Assembly (NCBI GenBank): GCA_026023565.1
Contig: JAPETS010000001.1
Span: forward strand, 1,550,001-1,614,000
Source of the DNA: Cirrosporium novae-zelandiae
Lineage: Eukaryota
Reading direction: 5' to 3'
Length of the DNA: 64,000 nucleotides
Part shown: positions 61,974 to 64,000 of the stretch, piece after piece
Position numbering within the stretch: position 1 is the first letter of the stretch
How the letters are laid out: each line of letters opens with the position of its first letter
Program-made: the position numbers and the translations under genes
Notes under the pieces: generated by a model
What the model saw: the letters and a program-made list of their open reading frames with translations, nothing else
The model's database searches: none
What the model was told of the DNA's origin: nothing

Positions 61974-62518
61974 TCACCTCTTCCCCTTCTTCTTCTTCCC
62001 GCCCTTGCCATGCCCACCTTTATTTGGCTCGTGCGTCGTAGCAGCAGGAGGGGCGGCCTCCTGTTTCTCATCCACGTCCATTTTATCCTCCACTGCATCT
62101 ATATTATCCTCCATCTCCGGCAGGCCAGCCATCGTTCGTCCTAGCCTTCCCAAACTCGCCATTAGCCTTCCAACCTCAGCACCTTTATCCGTCTTGTATT
62201 TTAGGCATATCCCGCTTTTAGGATCAAAGGTCTTGAGCGTCAAGCTTCCTTTGGCGGCAACAGGCTGTGCAGGATCCGAGGAAGGTGTGGACACTTCGCC
62301 AGACTTTGTCTTTAATTTTTTGGATGGGGGGGCTTTGGAAGGGTGTTCGACGTTGTATTTGGTTGTTATGCGAGTCTGTGGGCGGGGGAATCGAATGCGT
62401 TAGCTGTGGAACTTGAGAAATAGGATCTAGGAGAGGAAGGTCTCACGGTTGTGGGATGGGCTTGGATGAGGAGGGAAGATTCACGGAGCCAGTCCTGGGA
62501 GGTAGTGAAATGAGGCAT
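61974..62518 (-). CDS. SRP21: Signal recognition particle Alu-domain subunit Srp21 (SRP9-21 family), 2 exons
   Basis: DWLRESSLLIQAHPTTTRITTKY across intron 62376-62446; LTLKTFDPKSGICLKYKTDK.AEVGRL; basic tail GGKKKKGKR. Confidence 0.88.
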
Positions 62519-62982
62519 TTTTTTAAAAAGAGCCCTCGACAGGTCAAATCCGGACCGCAATTGTTGATTTGAACCCGTGGACTTTAATGTGGTCGGTGCT
62601 GGACTTCGGAGGTAGAAGCTACGTTAATAATTTAGGGATCTTGAATATGGAGATTCGGCTAGCCCTACCACAGGACGCTGATGATGATGATGATCTAGTT
62701 TCTGATAAGATAAGAAGAATCAGTAAACTTTGGGACATTCAGCCTCACTGTTATGACTCCCAGTGCTCCCCAGTCTAGCTGTCCTATGTGTGAAAGATAT
62801 GGACTAGTTTATTCCATAGGAATCTACCAAGTTCGAAAGGATTTGTTTTTATACTTGAGTGTCTGGTGTAGCGGACAAGTCAAATTTCGAAAGAATATTT
62901 CTATAAAACCTCGATAGAAGATCTCCCTTGACGACTCTCTACATGTCAAAGAAAAAAAGACAGTTCCTATAAACTAATAATT

Positions 62983-64000
62983 ATGGCAGACCTCGGAGAT
63001 AATAATCCTTTAGGCCCAAGCCTAGCTGAGGACCTGTTGAGCCACTGCCGCCAATTGCTTTCCGAATTGGACCAATATCGAGAGTTCCTTGTCGAACGCC
63101 AGCAGGATGATACGGTGATTCGAAGTTTTAGGAATACGGTGCAGACGGAATTGAACACCCTAGAAAAGGTACGTCAAGATTTGAGCATGGCTCTAAGAGG
63201 ATTTGGAACTTTTCTCGCCATGTTTGCGGATGAGGATGTCAGGCTGTGATCTGGCCTGGAGGCCTCTGGATTTATTTATTGTTGTATGGAATTGGCGGCT
63301 GTTTACTTGAATTCTTGACCTTTTCTTTGCTGGAAGTACTGTCCAACCCGAACAGAAATAGCCTGGTAGCATGTAATTGTGCACGTTCGACCATACCCTA
63401 ATATACCTTGCCTTGGCCTTCATTTGTTCCTTTTAGTGGTCCCAACCTCACTGGAATCTAGGACTCGACCTAAGGAATGGGGAGAGGTGTCTTGTAGACC
63501 CCCTTGCAAGTTGCACATAGACTCTGTACATAGACTCCCTTTTCCATCTGTCAAAACACTGCATTTTTCTTTCTCTCTTACGAGCATCCACCAATAAGCT
63601 AATATCCTAGGTTTCCTCAGGCGATCTCCAAGCAGACCGTACAGTACACACACTTCGCTCGTCCAATTTCCCTTTCTATGCCACTGTCTGGGAAGCAGCA
63701 AAACGCTGCAACGGACTCGTATCCTTCTCCCGAAGATTCTACTGGGACGTCGATCATCTAAAGGCCTCCTCCTCCGCGGCCGCAAAGGAAACCCCCAAAA
63801 ACGGAAAACGCAAAGGCGATAAATCGAAACAGAAGAGCATATTGGTTGATATCGTCGCGGAGGATGGCACCGAGTGGGTCAAGGTGTCTACAATTTCCGA
63901 GAGCAGGCTTTTGATGGATATGACGAAGGCCGGGTGGGAATGGGATGGTCCTTCCGAGGATGACGCCGAAGACGAGGATTTGCGTCGACGTCTCGACAAA
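62983..64000 (+). CDS. DUF1308/DUF5614 (C7orf25-like) family protein, 3' end beyond the window
   Basis: Exon 1 62983-63168, intron 63169-63610, then HTLRSSNFPFYATVWEAAK and LVDIVAEDGTEWVKVSTISESRLLMDMTKAGWEW. Confidence 0.8.

Noticed and set aside
62560..62585. GGTTCAAATC B-box/T-loop-like motif on the minus strand upstream of SRP21
   Set aside because: No T-stem pairing or cloverleaf, so it is not a tRNA.
1..64000. CRISPR arrays, rRNA, tRNA, TPP riboswitch, intact transposons, telomeric arrays, TGA-CTA readthrough signals; also antisense ORFs overlapping the called genes
   Set aside because: None recognised on visual inspection; tRNAscan-SE, cmscan and RepeatMasker would be needed to exclude them formally. 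The antisense ORFs are explained as shadows of the real coding frames.

Overview
Gene-dense, intron-containing region of a filamentous ascomycete (Pezizomycotina-type) nuclear genome; the GT-AG introns with CTRAC/CTAAT branch sites show it is not prokaryotic. In order it carries alpha-1,3-glucan synthase (ags1), an Nramp Mn/Fe transporter, a decayed zinc alcohol dehydrogenase pseudogene, a 2OG-Fe(II) dioxygenase, TUL1, GCV3, ELG1, MVP1, DCN1, an uncharacterised membrane protein, a DUF4246 protein, a GT90/CAP10-like glycosyltransferase, mitochondrial uL15 (MRPL10), HEM3, NDE1, TES1, a Clg1-like cyclin with a ~10 kb gene-poor upstream region, RNR2, SRP21 and the start of a DUF1308-family gene. 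I found no tRNA, rRNA, CRISPR array or intact transposon. The most notable item, which the ORF track shows only as two unlabelled fragments, is an intronless, frameshifted ADH relic at 14061-14924. It resembles actinobacterial ADH-A-type enzymes along its whole length, sits beside the dioxygenase between core genes, and may be a horizontally acquired gene in decay. Other observations: a GC-AG intron and a second intron in ags1 that are both in frame and stop-free; an MCB cluster inside an RNR2 intron; a uORF plus an 83-codon in-frame open extension upstream of the cyclin; a long hairpin; and a candidate spliced orphan gene. All family assignments come from motif recognition by eye and no database searches were run. 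I cannot claim a clearly new multi-gene system.
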